Assembly (NCBI GenBank): GCA_016874735.1
Contig: VGTI01000008.1
Coordinates: 18,636-82,635 of the forward strand
Reading direction: 5' to 3'
Length of the DNA stretch: 64,000 nt
Source of the DNA: Deltaproteobacteria bacterium
GTDB lineage: Bacteria > Bdellovibrionota_B > Oligoflexia > Oligoflexales > CAIYRB01
In this document: positions 38,147-46,895 of the stretch, piece after piece
Numbering within the stretch: the stretch's first letter is position 1
How the letters are laid out: each line of letters opens with the position of its first letter
The notes under the pieces: generated by a model
The model's database searches: none
The model's input: the letters and a program-made list of their open reading frames with translations, nothing else
What the model was told of the DNA's origin: nothing
Made by a program: the position numbers and the translations under genes

Positions 38147-38896
38147 TTAGAAAAAAGTCGACATCCCGAACTGCAACGTCACGTTTTGTTGAAAATCTGT
38201 TCCAGTCGATACACCCGGATTACAGGATCCATCGGCAACCTGATAAACAAAGAAATTGTCGCGAACGTCCCATCGAATCGCAGTATCTTCGCTAAGGAAA
38301 TATTTCTGGCCAAACCCGATAATCGCACCTGGGTAACTCTTAGTGGTGGGAGCCGGCTTCTCCACATCTGGCGCCACACACTGAGCGTAATCATAGGCGA
38401 TACCTGTCATGCCGGCTTCGAATGTCAGGAAAGAATCGAAATAAACCACATCCCCGGTCGGTAGCTGAGTCTTGCCGTAAATCGGTGTCCATAAGAATCC
38501 TCCCGCTGCCATGTAGGAGGTGCGTAGAATCTGGGTTGTGATCTGAAAGTCGCGCTTCAGGAGGGTCTTGTCTTGCTTATCGAAGGACAGTCCGAAGGCG
38601 CCGTTGATCTCAAAGGCCAAAGATTCGCTGAAATGATAATCAAGCAGGCCCGAGGCCATGAGCGAATAGATGAACGATTGGTTCAAAATGAAGACACCTT
38701 GACCGCCAAGCTCGAGGCGATTGGATTTGGTCATGAAGCGTGGGCGAATGACCCTAATTTCGTACCCTGAGAAGCGATCATCGTTTGCCATAGCATCGGG
38801 TGTAAAAGCACCAAAAGCCATAACAGAGGCTAAGAGCAGACCGCGCGCCAGGACGCCAGCATTAGATTTTTTTTGTGTCAGTTGGGTCAAAGCCAA
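38147..38896 (-). CDS. small outer-membrane beta-barrel protein (GltA/GltB/GltK-type)
   Basis: Signal peptide ...PDAMA. Alternating beta-strand pattern. C-terminal FGMSTFF. Size and RxELGGQG...YHFSESLAFE pattern resemble the myxobacterial OM barrel family. Confidence 0.6.
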   Translation of the reverse strand: MALTQLTQKKSNAGVLARGLLLASVMAFGAFTPDAMANDDRFSGYEIRVIRPRFMTKSNRLELGGQGVFILNQSFIYSLMASGLLDYHFSESLAFEINGAFGLSFDKQDKTLLKRDFQITTQILRTSYMAAGGFLWTPIYGKTQLPTGDVVYFDSFLTFEAGMTGIAYDYAQCVAPDVEKPAPTTKSYPGAIIGFGQKYFLSEDTAIRWDVRDNFFVYQVADGSCNPGVSTGTDFQQNVTLQFGMSTFF

Positions 38897-38918
38897 TCCA
38901 CTCCGCTGCTCGCAGCCT

Positions 38919-39419
38919 TTAGTCGCCCTGTCTTGCTACCATTAACTTAAATGTGATGTATTCTGCCTGCTGCGCTGCAAGCATGATGCGCTTCATGAGT
39001 TTAAAGTTATGCCCTTGGTCCATCTCCATCGTCAGAGTGGAAAGCCTAGCCTTATCAGCCTCCGATAGGCGGCCACCGATGACCTTTTTAGTGGCCTCGG
39101 CTAATTTCTGTAGCTCCTGAAAGACCGGGAAAACAGCACCCTGACTTCGGGCCGCTTCCTCAACATCGCCAGCCACAATCGACGCCACTTTTTTGTCATT
39201 AATGATGACGTCGGTTTTAGTAACTTTGATGGTTGGCATCTCATCGAGCGTGGAAACAGTCATCGACTCAGGCAATTCAACGCCGTTATTAACGTCGTAA
39301 CTCACAGGATCAGTCGAATAACTCATCAGCAGGAAGGTGATGAGAATACTGAAAATATCCAACATCGGCATCAGGTTTAAACTGAGCGACTCGCCAGAAT
39401 CTGTGGAAACTCCTGCCAT
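38919..39419 (-). CDS. ExbD/TolR-like motor subunit (AglQ/AglS-like)
   Basis: LNLMPMLDIFSILITFLLMS TM helix with the conserved Asp. Confidence 0.75.
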   Translation of the reverse strand: MAGVSTDSGESLSLNLMPMLDIFSILITFLLMSYSTDPVSYDVNNGVELPESMTVSTLDEMPTIKVTKTDVIINDKKVASIVAGDVEEAARSQGAVFPVFQELQKLAEATKKVIGGRLSEADKARLSTLTMEMDQGHNFKLMKRIMLAAQQAEYITFKLMVARQGD

Positions 39420-39457
39420 GCCTTCACCCCGTAGCGATCTGATGCTTTAGATAAAAA

Positions 39458-40003
39458 CTATCTGAGCATGACGCTTGCCATGACCACCTTTGGATAGAGA
39501 AATTCTGCTGCTAATCTTTTATCGAGCTCTGAAGCCCCTGCAGGAACGATGACCGGATCGTTCGGTGCCCGCACTTTGACGGCATCAAGAACCATCGCGA
39601 TATCTTTCCAGACTACGTCATCCTCAGTAAAAAACTGAACCTTATCGGTTTCAGGATTGCTGCGACGCAATTCCAGAAGAAACTTGTGGAGATTCGCCAT
39701 ATCGGCCTTATCCACTTTAAATTCACGTTTTTGCTCATTGATCGGCGGCTTGTTATAAGCAGCTGTCACTTCGATTTTGGCCTTTTCCATATCGACCTTA
39801 ATCTCAAGTGATCGGCTTTCCTCTTTCTTTTCCGGGGGGGCTGACGTGAGAAAAGGTATCTGAACCTCGAGGATACCAATCGACAGGAAGACTGCTGACA
39901 TCAGCAGGAAGGTGTTGAGCAGCGAGAATACATCGATGAACGGCATGATGTTCAATTCGATGTCGCGATACTTAACCTTCCGTACTTTTTTCTTTCTAGA
40001 CAT
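39458..40003 (-). CDS. ExbD/TolR-like motor subunit (AglQ/AglS-like)
   Basis: LNIMPFIDVFSLLNTFLLMS TM helix with the conserved Asp. Basic N-terminus. Confidence 0.75.
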   Translation of the reverse strand: MSRKKKVRKVKYRDIELNIMPFIDVFSLLNTFLLMSAVFLSIGILEVQIPFLTSAPPEKKEESRSLEIKVDMEKAKIEVTAAYNKPPINEQKREFKVDKADMANLHKFLLELRRSNPETDKVQFFTEDDVVWKDIAMVLDAVKVRAPNDPVIVPAGASELDKRLAAEFLYPKVVMASVMLR

Positions 40004-40056
40004 AGACGTCCTTTAGCAACTTCCTTTGAGCGAATGACACCATCCGGAGCAATCCG

Positions 40057-40734
40057 TTATTCAGCGCTAACAGACGATGAACTACCGCCACGCTTAATCT
40101 TCATTTTGCGCGTGTAGAGCAGGTCCACGAGGCGAGCTGAATTACGGTTAATGTCATCAACGATGCCTGACTGCTTCAGCATAAGTACACCGTAGGCCAG
40201 AAGACACATAAGAGCGGTACCTAGACCAAACGACGTTGCGGTCAAGGCTTCGGAGATACCTGCTGCTAGAGCCGTTTGTTTCGCTGATCCAGTTAATTTT
40301 GCAGCGGCACCGAACGACTTCATCAGACCGAAGAGCGTTCCAAGCAGTCCTAGCAGCGTCGCAACGTTGGCCGTCGTACCAAGGAACGGCAATCTTTCGG
40401 TTAATTTCGGCATCGCTGTGAGCGTTGCCGTGTTCAGCGCGTTTTCGATTTCTTCAGTTGAGTCATTGGCGCGCTTCAAGCCCTCAGCCATGACAAAGGG
40501 AAGGAGTTTAGGACGAGCTTTTTTGCAGAGTCGGATGGCGTTTTCGATTGAGTTATTCATCACCATCTTCTGCACGGCAGCCATAAAGCCGGAACTGTTA
40601 GCCAAGTCGTACTCTAGCCAGTAGCGGTAGGCACGCTCAATGATGAGGCCGATTGAGATGAAGGCCACGAGAGTAATGGAGGACATGATTTCCATGCCGC
40701 CCTGCTCGAACTTTTCAGCTATAAAATCCAACAT
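40057..40734 (-). CDS. MotA/TolQ/ExbB-like proton channel (AglR-like)
   Basis: Three TM helices and the LLGLLGTLFGLMKSF...SEALTATSFGLGTALMCL signature. AGGGAGG RBS upstream of ATG 40734. Confidence 0.8.
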   Translation of the reverse strand: MLDFIAEKFEQGGMEIMSSITLVAFISIGLIIERAYRYWLEYDLANSSGFMAAVQKMVMNNSIENAIRLCKKARPKLLPFVMAEGLKRANDSTEEIENALNTATLTAMPKLTERLPFLGTTANVATLLGLLGTLFGLMKSFGAAAKLTGSAKQTALAAGISEALTATSFGLGTALMCLLAYGVLMLKQSGIVDDINRNSARLVDLLYTRKMKIKRGGSSSSVSAE

Positions 40735-40881
40735 CGCTTCGCCTCCCTATAGCCCGGGGACATTCCCGGTCCTTGCCCCAAACACCCCACCTCTCTTCAG
40801 TTCTGTGCCCGCTCGACTATCGTTCGCCGATCGCTCATAGTTGCTGCTGATAGGCTGGGGTTATTATTTTGGTTTTATTAA

Positions 40882-40911
40882 ATTTTAGGGAGCGACGGCG
40901 TTGGCTGTCAA
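40882..40911 (-). promoter_or_regulatory. near-consensus sigma70-type promoter for the ExbB-like...M23 operon
   Basis: Minus strand reads TTGACA-N18-TAAAAT, about 150 nt upstream of ATG 40734, inside a 270-nt A/T-rich divergent intergenic region. Confidence 0.4.
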
Positions 40912-41049
40912 CCCACCGGCCATTTTTTCAGCTAAGTAGCTTTCCTTTTCCAACTAGTTTAAAATCTATGTTTATAAACAGAGAGATTAAGACTTTGGGG
41001 CGATTTGGGACTGCCTAGGACCGTCGGAATAGGTGGGGGGCAAGACTTA

Positions 41050-42099
41050 ATGAGTGCGCATGTGGTCTATATAGACGTGGCTGGCCGCAAGCCCCTACCC
41101 GACGTCGCCGTGCTGCGTGTCGCGGCAAATAATGCCCTGGTGACCTGCGTCAGCGATGCCCATGCTGCCCATGCGGTGATCAATGCCGAGCTGCCCATCT
41201 CCGTGCTGGTCATCAACTATCCCGATCCAACCATTCTACGACTTGCTCGGAAACGTTATCCAACAGTCCACACTATCCTCGTTACCGAGGAAACCATGGA
41301 ACAGTACAGCGTTGCTCTGGAGGGCGCTGAGGGTGAATTGGTCGATCATTTGGTAGCCAATCGGTCGCCGGCAGAATGGACGATCAATGAACTGAGGATC
41401 ACGGTCCAAAAATTATTGCGGAACGACCTCTTTGGCATCGCCAAATACCTATCTCCAGCCACCACCGTCCATGAATTGACGGTACACGGTTCCGCTGATC
41501 GCGAGCCCTACAACTGCCAAGTGATGGCCTATGCCGAGGACTACCGCCTTGGGCAGTACATGTCTAAGCTGGTCTTTGGTATCACCGAAGAGTTGATGAT
41601 GAACGCCATCTACGATGCGCCCATCGCCGGCGGCAAACTCCATTATGCAGAGCGTCCGCGGACGGCGCCGGTAGAACTCGAGCCATCTGAATACGCGACA
41701 TTATCGTACGGCTGCGATGGTATGCTCTTTGCGATTGGTATGGCGGACCCCTTTGGCGCCCTTACGCGGGAGAAACTTTTCCAGTACCTAAAAAAAGTGT
41801 TGCGCCGCACCGACAGTAGCAATCTCATTGACACCAAGAAGAGCGGTGCTGGACTCGGTCTCTTCAAAATTCTCTACAGCAGCCATGCCCTCGTCTGTAA
41901 CATCGACCCTAAGGTTTGTACCGAAGTGATTGCACTGATCGATTTGCAGCACCAGGTGCGCGACTTCTCTAAAATGCCCAGGTCGGTGCATTATTTTGAG
42001 GTAGCGGCGGCTGGCCTTTGTGCTACCCTGCCAGAGCCAAATGCTTTGCAAGGGAGTAGACGGAATGAAAAAGATCAAAGTGGTCAGGCCGGTAGTTGA
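41050..42099 (+). CDS. hypothetical regulator: receiver-like N-terminus + GHKL (RsbW/SpoIIAB-like) ATPase-like C-terminus
   Basis: ATG 41050 follows AGGTGGGGGG. C-terminal half has an N-box-like [12 protein letters not shown] and a G2-like [12 protein letters not shown]. The N-terminal ~100 aa has an alternating beta/alpha receiver-like pattern without a clear phospho-Asp pocket. The 3' end overlaps icd by 35 nt. Confidence 0.4.
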   Translation: MSAHVVYIDVAGRKPLPDVAVLRVAANNALVTCVSDAHAAHAVINAELPISVLVINYPDPTILRLARKRYPTVHTILVTEETMEQYSVALEGAEGELVDHLVANRSPAEWTINELRITVQKLLRNDLFGIAKYLSPATTVHELTVHGSADREPYNCQVMAYAEDYRLGQYMSKLVFGITEELMMNAIYDAPIAGGKLHYAERPRTAPVELEPSEYATLSYGCDGMLFAIGMADPFGALTREKLFQYLKKVLRRTDSSNLIDTKKSGAGLGLFKILYSSHALVCNIDPKVCTEVIALIDLQHQVRDFSKMPRSVHYFEVAAAGLCATLPEPNALQGSRRNEKDQSGQAGS

Positions 42100-43294
42100 A
42101 CTAGACGGTGACGAGATGACCCGGATCATCTGGCAGATGATCAAAGACAAGCTCATCCTACCTCATTTAGATATCGATCTAAAGTACTTCGACCTCAGCA
42201 TTGAGAGTCGTGACAAGACTAACGACCAGATCACTATCGATGCCGCTAAGGCCATCCAGCAGTACGATGTCGGCATCAAGTGCGCGACGATCACGCCCGA
42301 TGAGGCCCGCGTCAAGGAATTCGGTCTCAAAAAGATGTGGAAGAGCCCCAACGGCACGATCCGCAACATCTTGGGCGGCACCGTCTTCCGGGCGCCAATT
42401 ATCTGCAAAAACGTGCCACGTCTGGTCAAAAACTGGAGCCGCCCCATCGTCATTGGTCGCCATGCCTACGGTGATCAGTACCGCGCTACCGACGTCAAGA
42501 TACCAGGCGCCGGCAAGCTGAAGATGGTCTTCGAGCCCCAAGGGGGCGGCGCTGCCACCACTTGGGAAATAAACGACTTCAGTGGCTCGGGTATTGCTAT
42601 GGGGATGTTCAACACTGACGAGTCCATTGAGGGCTTTGCTCGCGCCTGCTTCGAGTACGGCCTGATGGTGAAGTATCCCGTTTACTTGTCGACCAAGAAC
42701 ACCATCCTCAAGACTTACGACGGCCGTTTTAAGGATGTCTTCCAGGACCTCTTTGACCGCGAATATGCAGCACGCTACAAGCAACTCGGCTTGACCTACG
42801 AGCACCGCCTGATCGACGACATGGTGGCACAAGTCCTGAAATGGGACGGCGGTATCGTCTGGGCGTGTAAAAACTACGACGGCGACGTGCAATCAGACAC
42901 GGTGGCTCAAGGCTTCGGTTCCCTCGGCATGATGACTTCGGTGCTCATGTGCCCGAACGGCCGCACCATTGAGACTGAAGCTGCGCACGGGACTGTGACG
43001 CGCCACTACCGGGACCACCAGGCCGGCAAGGCGACCAGCACTAACCCGATCGCAAGCATTTTCGCCTGGACGCAAGGCTTGGCTCACCGCGGCAAGCTTG
43101 ACGAGACCCCAGCCCTCACCAAGTTTGCACAAACATTGGAAAAGGTCTGTGTCCAAACAGTCGAAAGCGGCAAGATGACGAAGGACTTGGCCGTGTCGAT
43201 TTACGGCAACAACCTACCTGCCGGCTCGTACCAAAATACGGCCGACTTTTTGGATTCGCTGGCTGCGAATCTTGAGAAGGCGCTCAGCAACTAA
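42065..43294 (+). CDS. icd: NADP-dependent isocitrate dehydrogenase, homodimeric eukaryote-like (type II) form
   Basis: Very high similarity by eye to IDH1/IDH2. Matching blocks: [57 protein letters not shown]. Confidence 0.92.
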   Translation: MKKIKVVRPVVELDGDEMTRIIWQMIKDKLILPHLDIDLKYFDLSIESRDKTNDQITIDAAKAIQQYDVGIKCATITPDEARVKEFGLKKMWKSPNGTIRNILGGTVFRAPIICKNVPRLVKNWSRPIVIGRHAYGDQYRATDVKIPGAGKLKMVFEPQGGGAATTWEINDFSGSGIAMGMFNTDESIEGFARACFEYGLMVKYPVYLSTKNTILKTYDGRFKDVFQDLFDREYAARYKQLGLTYEHRLIDDMVAQVLKWDGGIVWACKNYDGDVQSDTVAQGFGSLGMMTSVLMCPNGRTIETEAAHGTVTRHYRDHQAGKATSTNPIASIFAWTQGLAHRGKLDETPALTKFAQTLEKVCVQTVESGKMTKDLAVSIYGNNLPAGSYQNTADFLDSLAANLEKALSN

Positions 43295-43300
43295 AACGAA

Positions 43301-43325
43301 GGGGGCCAAACGGCCCCCTTTTTTT
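43301..43325 (+). terminator. rho-independent terminator after icd
   Basis: GGGGGCC-AAAC-GGCCCCC perfect 7-bp GC stem followed by seven T. Confidence 0.8.
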
Positions 43326-43343
43326 CACTCAAAGTTGTCCTAC

Positions 43344-44021
43344 TCACCCACCCGGGGCTTTTTTAGTCAGATACTTAGCCTTGACCCACTGGCCTTTGCC
43401 TATACGTGCCCACTGGCCCTTAATGTGCGCTTGCACTTCGTCGCCAGCCTTTAATTTCTTGACGACGCGCGCGTTGGCGCTCGGTTTGCTGCGGACATTA
43501 AGCGTGCCAACAGCAACGTAGCGTACGGCTTTACCCTTGTTTTTACCGTGCATTTTGTGTTTGCCGCGCTTACCGGAAGCGCTGCGGCCGTGGTGGGCCC
43601 GCGCGCCTTTTGCCTTACCTTCCGCCGGCAAGTAGCTTGCCGCATCATCCCCAGCGGCGCCAAGGGCCCCTTCTTCAAAAGTAGGCGGTGTTTCTGACGG
43701 AGCCTGGGCCGCGTGGTCACCGTCCATGGTCTTCACGTCGGCGCTGTCCAGGGCCACAGGCTCCCCAGTATCGCTCTCAATTGGTGCCGGTGGGGGCTCG
43801 ACGGCATCTGGGACGGCCTCAGGGTTAGTGGGCGCTGCAGATTCTTGTGCATGGGTGCTTGTGGCAAAATCGCTAGTCGGCACTTTGGCCTCACCCACTT
43901 CGGGCTCCACCAGCACAGGATCCGAAGGCGCCGCTTGATCACTACCGCTACACGCGGCCATCACATGCAGCGCGGCCCCCAACCAAAGCACATTGCTCCA
44001 TCGACGCCATCTCGTCGTCAT
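43344..44021 (-). CDS. lipoprotein with a C-terminal bacterial SH3 domain
   Basis: Lipobox VMAAC. Acidic/Pro-rich linker. C-terminal YVAVGTLNVRSKPSANARVVKKLKAGDEV...GQWVKAKYL (SH3b). Confidence 0.65.
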   Translation of the reverse strand: MTTRWRRWSNVLWLGAALHVMAACSGSDQAAPSDPVLVEPEVGEAKVPTSDFATSTHAQESAAPTNPEAVPDAVEPPPAPIESDTGEPVALDSADVKTMDGDHAAQAPSETPPTFEEGALGAAGDDAASYLPAEGKAKGARAHHGRSASGKRGKHKMHGKNKGKAVRYVAVGTLNVRSKPSANARVVKKLKAGDEVQAHIKGQWARIGKGQWVKAKYLTKKAPGG

Positions 44022-44067
44022 AACCGTAGTCCTCCTGCAGTGTTAATGCATGGACTCATACTAACGG

Positions 44068-44382
44068 CTAGTGGGTGGCCTTGTCGATCAGCTCTTGCAA
44101 TGATTTTATCCCTTTAAAGCCGACCTGTTGGGCAGCAAGCCCTCGGTCCTTAAAGACAAAAAAAGCCGGCAGCACATCAGTCTCAGCGATCTCAAGGATG
44201 TCCGGGTGCTCGTCGGTGGAAATCTGGCCGAAGCGCATACCGAGGGTGTCAGCCGCGACGATGCGTTCCAGCGCTGGTTCGGACAGTTTGCATGCCCCAC
44301 AGCCGCGCTTCCACAACTTGAGGAAGACGAGAGCCCCACTTTCGATCGCCTGCTGCAGCTGGTCAGGAGTCCAATTTTCCAA
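44068..44382 (-). CDS. thioredoxin-like protein
   Basis: 104 aa with a WKRGCGACK CxxC motif in a thioredoxin-fold context. Confidence 0.7.
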   Translation of the reverse strand: MENWTPDQLQQAIESGALVFLKLWKRGCGACKLSEPALERIVAADTLGMRFGQISTDEHPDILEIAETDVLPAFFVFKDRGLAAQQVGFKGIKSLQELIDKATH

Positions 44383-44506
44383 TTTTGTCCGCTCCTTATA
44401 AAAGCTACTTGCACCTCAAGCCGAGGGAAGTAAAATGCGCGCGCGTGCCACACAACCATACCGCTCAAGGGCTGAGACGCAAAGCCCATAACTGCAGGGT
44501 TCCATC

Positions 44507-45796
44507 ATGAAACATCTGATCACCGCCTGGTTAGCCTTTTGTACCACGACCGCGGCTCTCGCCAATGACCAGCTTGTGATTCTGTCGCCCCATCGCAAAT
44601 CGATGCAGGACGAGTTCATCCCCAAGTTTAAAGAGCACTATCAAAAAACCTACGGCACGGCCGTTGATGTCGCGTGGCTGGACAACGGCGGGACGGCCGA
44701 CGCCGTAAGACTCCTGCGGACTCGTTTTGGCAAAAATGCGCAATCCGCGAGTGTGGACATCTTCTGGGGCGGCGGCACCAGTGCCTTTCTCGACCTCAGT
44801 AAAGACGGACACCTAGCCAAGTCGCCCGTCCCTAAGGGCCTCACCGCGACGATTGCCGGTGTGCCCATGTACGATAAATCGGAGACCTGGTACGCCACCG
44901 CACTGTCCTCCTTTGGTATCTTCGCCAACAAGAAAGTACTGAAGCTCGAGGGGCTAGGTACACCAAGCCGCTGGAGTGACTTGGCCGACCCTAAGTTTCG
45001 CGGCCAGATCACGCTTGCCGATCCGCGCCACTCTGGCACGGCACTAACGATGGCCATGATTGTGCTGCAGGCCCAAGGTTGGGACAAAGGGTGGGCGACC
45101 TTAACACGTATCGCCGCCAACACGCGCTCGTTCACCCAGTCGAGCTCTGACCCCATCAAAGCCGTGGTTGCCGGCGACGCCGCGGCCTCGATGGCCATCG
45201 ACTTTTATGCCCAGCCCAAAGTCGATGAACTCGGCGCGGACAAGCTGATGTTTACCTTACCCGCCGATGAAACCGTGCTGGACCCGGATCCCATCGGTGT
45301 CGTCAAAGGCGCCCCACACGCCAAGGTGGCCGAGCGCTTCATCACCTTCCTCCTGAGCGATGATGCCCAAAAACTCCTAGTTTTGCCGAAGGGTGCGGCC
45401 GACGGCCCCCGCTTGAGTACGTTAGGCCGTATGGCGGTGACGCAGGCGGCCTACGCGGCGACGGAGGGCCGCCGTGTTAACGCATTCAATCCTTTCAAAG
45501 TGAAGAAGTTTGTCTCTCTCGACCCGGCCAAGACGGTCAAACTTGAGCACATTCTCGGTGACCTTTTAGGCGCGACCCAGGTTGATCTGCAAAGGGATCT
45601 CGCGGCGGCTTGGGCCGCAGCTACCCGGGGCGCAAAAAAGGTTGAAGACGTGGATGCGCTCACGAAAGCACCGGTGACCGAGGCTGAGCTCCTAAGTCTT
45701 TCCAGCAAATGGGATGACAATGTGGTGCGCAACCAGACCATCAACACGTGGACTAGCAACGCGCGAGCCACCTATAAAAAGATTGCTGGCAAATAA
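44507..45796 (+). CDS. ABC transporter periplasmic substrate-binding protein (Fe3+/family-1 type)
   Basis: Signal peptide ...TTAALA. Family-1 SBP-like blocks (VDIFWGGG, ADPRHSGT). Confidence 0.7.
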   Translation: MKHLITAWLAFCTTTAALANDQLVILSPHRKSMQDEFIPKFKEHYQKTYGTAVDVAWLDNGGTADAVRLLRTRFGKNAQSASVDIFWGGGTSAFLDLSKDGHLAKSPVPKGLTATIAGVPMYDKSETWYATALSSFGIFANKKVLKLEGLGTPSRWSDLADPKFRGQITLADPRHSGTALTMAMIVLQAQGWDKGWATLTRIAANTRSFTQSSSDPIKAVVAGDAAASMAIDFYAQPKVDELGADKLMFTLPADETVLDPDPIGVVKGAPHAKVAERFITFLLSDDAQKLLVLPKGAADGPRLSTLGRMAVTQAAYAATEGRRVNAFNPFKVKKFVSLDPAKTVKLEHILGDLLGATQVDLQRDLAAAWAAATRGAKKVEDVDALTKAPVTEAELLSLSSKWDDNVVRNQTINTWTSNARATYKKIAGK

Positions 45797-46893
45797 TGGA
45801 AGTCGTTTTTGAACGCATCGTGAAGAAGTACGGCGACGTCACCGCGGTCGGTGGCGTTGATTTAACTATTAAGAGCGGTGCTCTGCATTTTTTGCTCGGG
45901 CCTTCGGGTTGCGGCAAGACCACCATGCTCCGCATGCTCGCCGGACTGGAGGCTCCTAGTTCCGGACGGCTCCTTTTCAACGGCAAGGACGTCACCAATC
46001 TGCCGGCGGCAGCACGCGGTATTGGCATGGTTTTTCAGAACTACGCCCTATGGCCGCACATGACTGTCCGCAAAAACATTGAATACGGTCTCACCGTACA
46101 GAAGATGTCCTCCGACCAGATCCGGCAGAGGACTGACGAGGCGCTCGCAATCACGCAGCTATCGCGTTACGGAGATCGTCTCCCTGGTCAACTATCTGGT
46201 GGGCAGCAGCAACGCGTGGCCCTAGCGCGCGCCATTGCGGTACGTCCTACGGTCCTGCTTCTCGACGAACCGCTCAGTAACCTCGATGCGCAGCTGCGCC
46301 TCGAAATGCGCGACAATCTGAGTCGGATTCACAAGCAACTCGGTATCACCACGGTATACGTGACCCACGATCAAAAAGAGGCCCTATCGATGGGCACCGA
46401 TGTGAGCGTGTTCCGCGCGGGACAACTCATTCAAACTGATCCTCCACGGCAACTTTACCATGCCCCTAAATCAGCATTTGTGGCACGTTTTGTCGGTGAA
46501 ACTAATTTACTGACTGCCACCTATCTTGGACACAAAGACGGCTTACATAGCGTCAAGACGACTATCGGTGCAATCGATGCGTCGCGGAGCATGACCAGTG
46601 CCAAGGTAGGCGATCCGGTGACGGTCTCCTTCCGCCCTGAGGCGGTCAAATTAAACCTTGGTGGTGGTGACATTGCCTCGGATAATCGTCTGACGCTGAA
46701 GTTGGATCACCTGACGTACCTTGGTGAATCAGAGCAGTTCCAACTGATGGGCCAAGATGGGACCCTGGTAAGAGCTAGCGTCTTTAATCCCCCGGATCAC
46801 ACCCTAGCCGTCGGAGATACCGTTGCGGCCTGGGTCGCTGCTGAAGACGTCCTAGTGTTGCCTACCGAAACCGATCAACCCGCGAGCACTTAA
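45796..46893 (+). CDS. ABC transporter ATP-binding protein (FbpC/PotA-type with a TOBE-like C-terminus)
   Basis: Walker A GPSGCGKTT, LSGGQQQRVALAR, Walker B LLLDEPLSNLD. TAATG overlap with the SBP gene. Confidence 0.9.
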   Translation: MEVVFERIVKKYGDVTAVGGVDLTIKSGALHFLLGPSGCGKTTMLRMLAGLEAPSSGRLLFNGKDVTNLPAAARGIGMVFQNYALWPHMTVRKNIEYGLTVQKMSSDQIRQRTDEALAITQLSRYGDRLPGQLSGGQQQRVALARAIAVRPTVLLLDEPLSNLDAQLRLEMRDNLSRIHKQLGITTVYVTHDQKEALSMGTDVSVFRAGQLIQTDPPRQLYHAPKSAFVARFVGETNLLTATYLGHKDGLHSVKTTIGAIDASRSMTSAKVGDPVTVSFRPEAVKLNLGGGDIASDNRLTLKLDHLTYLGESEQFQLMGQDGTLVRASVFNPPDHTLAVGDTVAAWVAAEDVLVLPTETDQPAST

Positions 46894-46895
46894 AC

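Noticed and set aside
42179-42892. A 237-aa minus-strand ORF inside icd. Similar long antisense ORFs occur at 44650..45198 inside the SBP gene and 11055..11639 inside the GCS gene.
   Set aside because: These lie fully within strongly supported genes on the other strand. Their composition is Ala/Arg/Gly/Val-rich and typical of antisense frames in moderately GC-rich DNA. They have no recognisable motifs.
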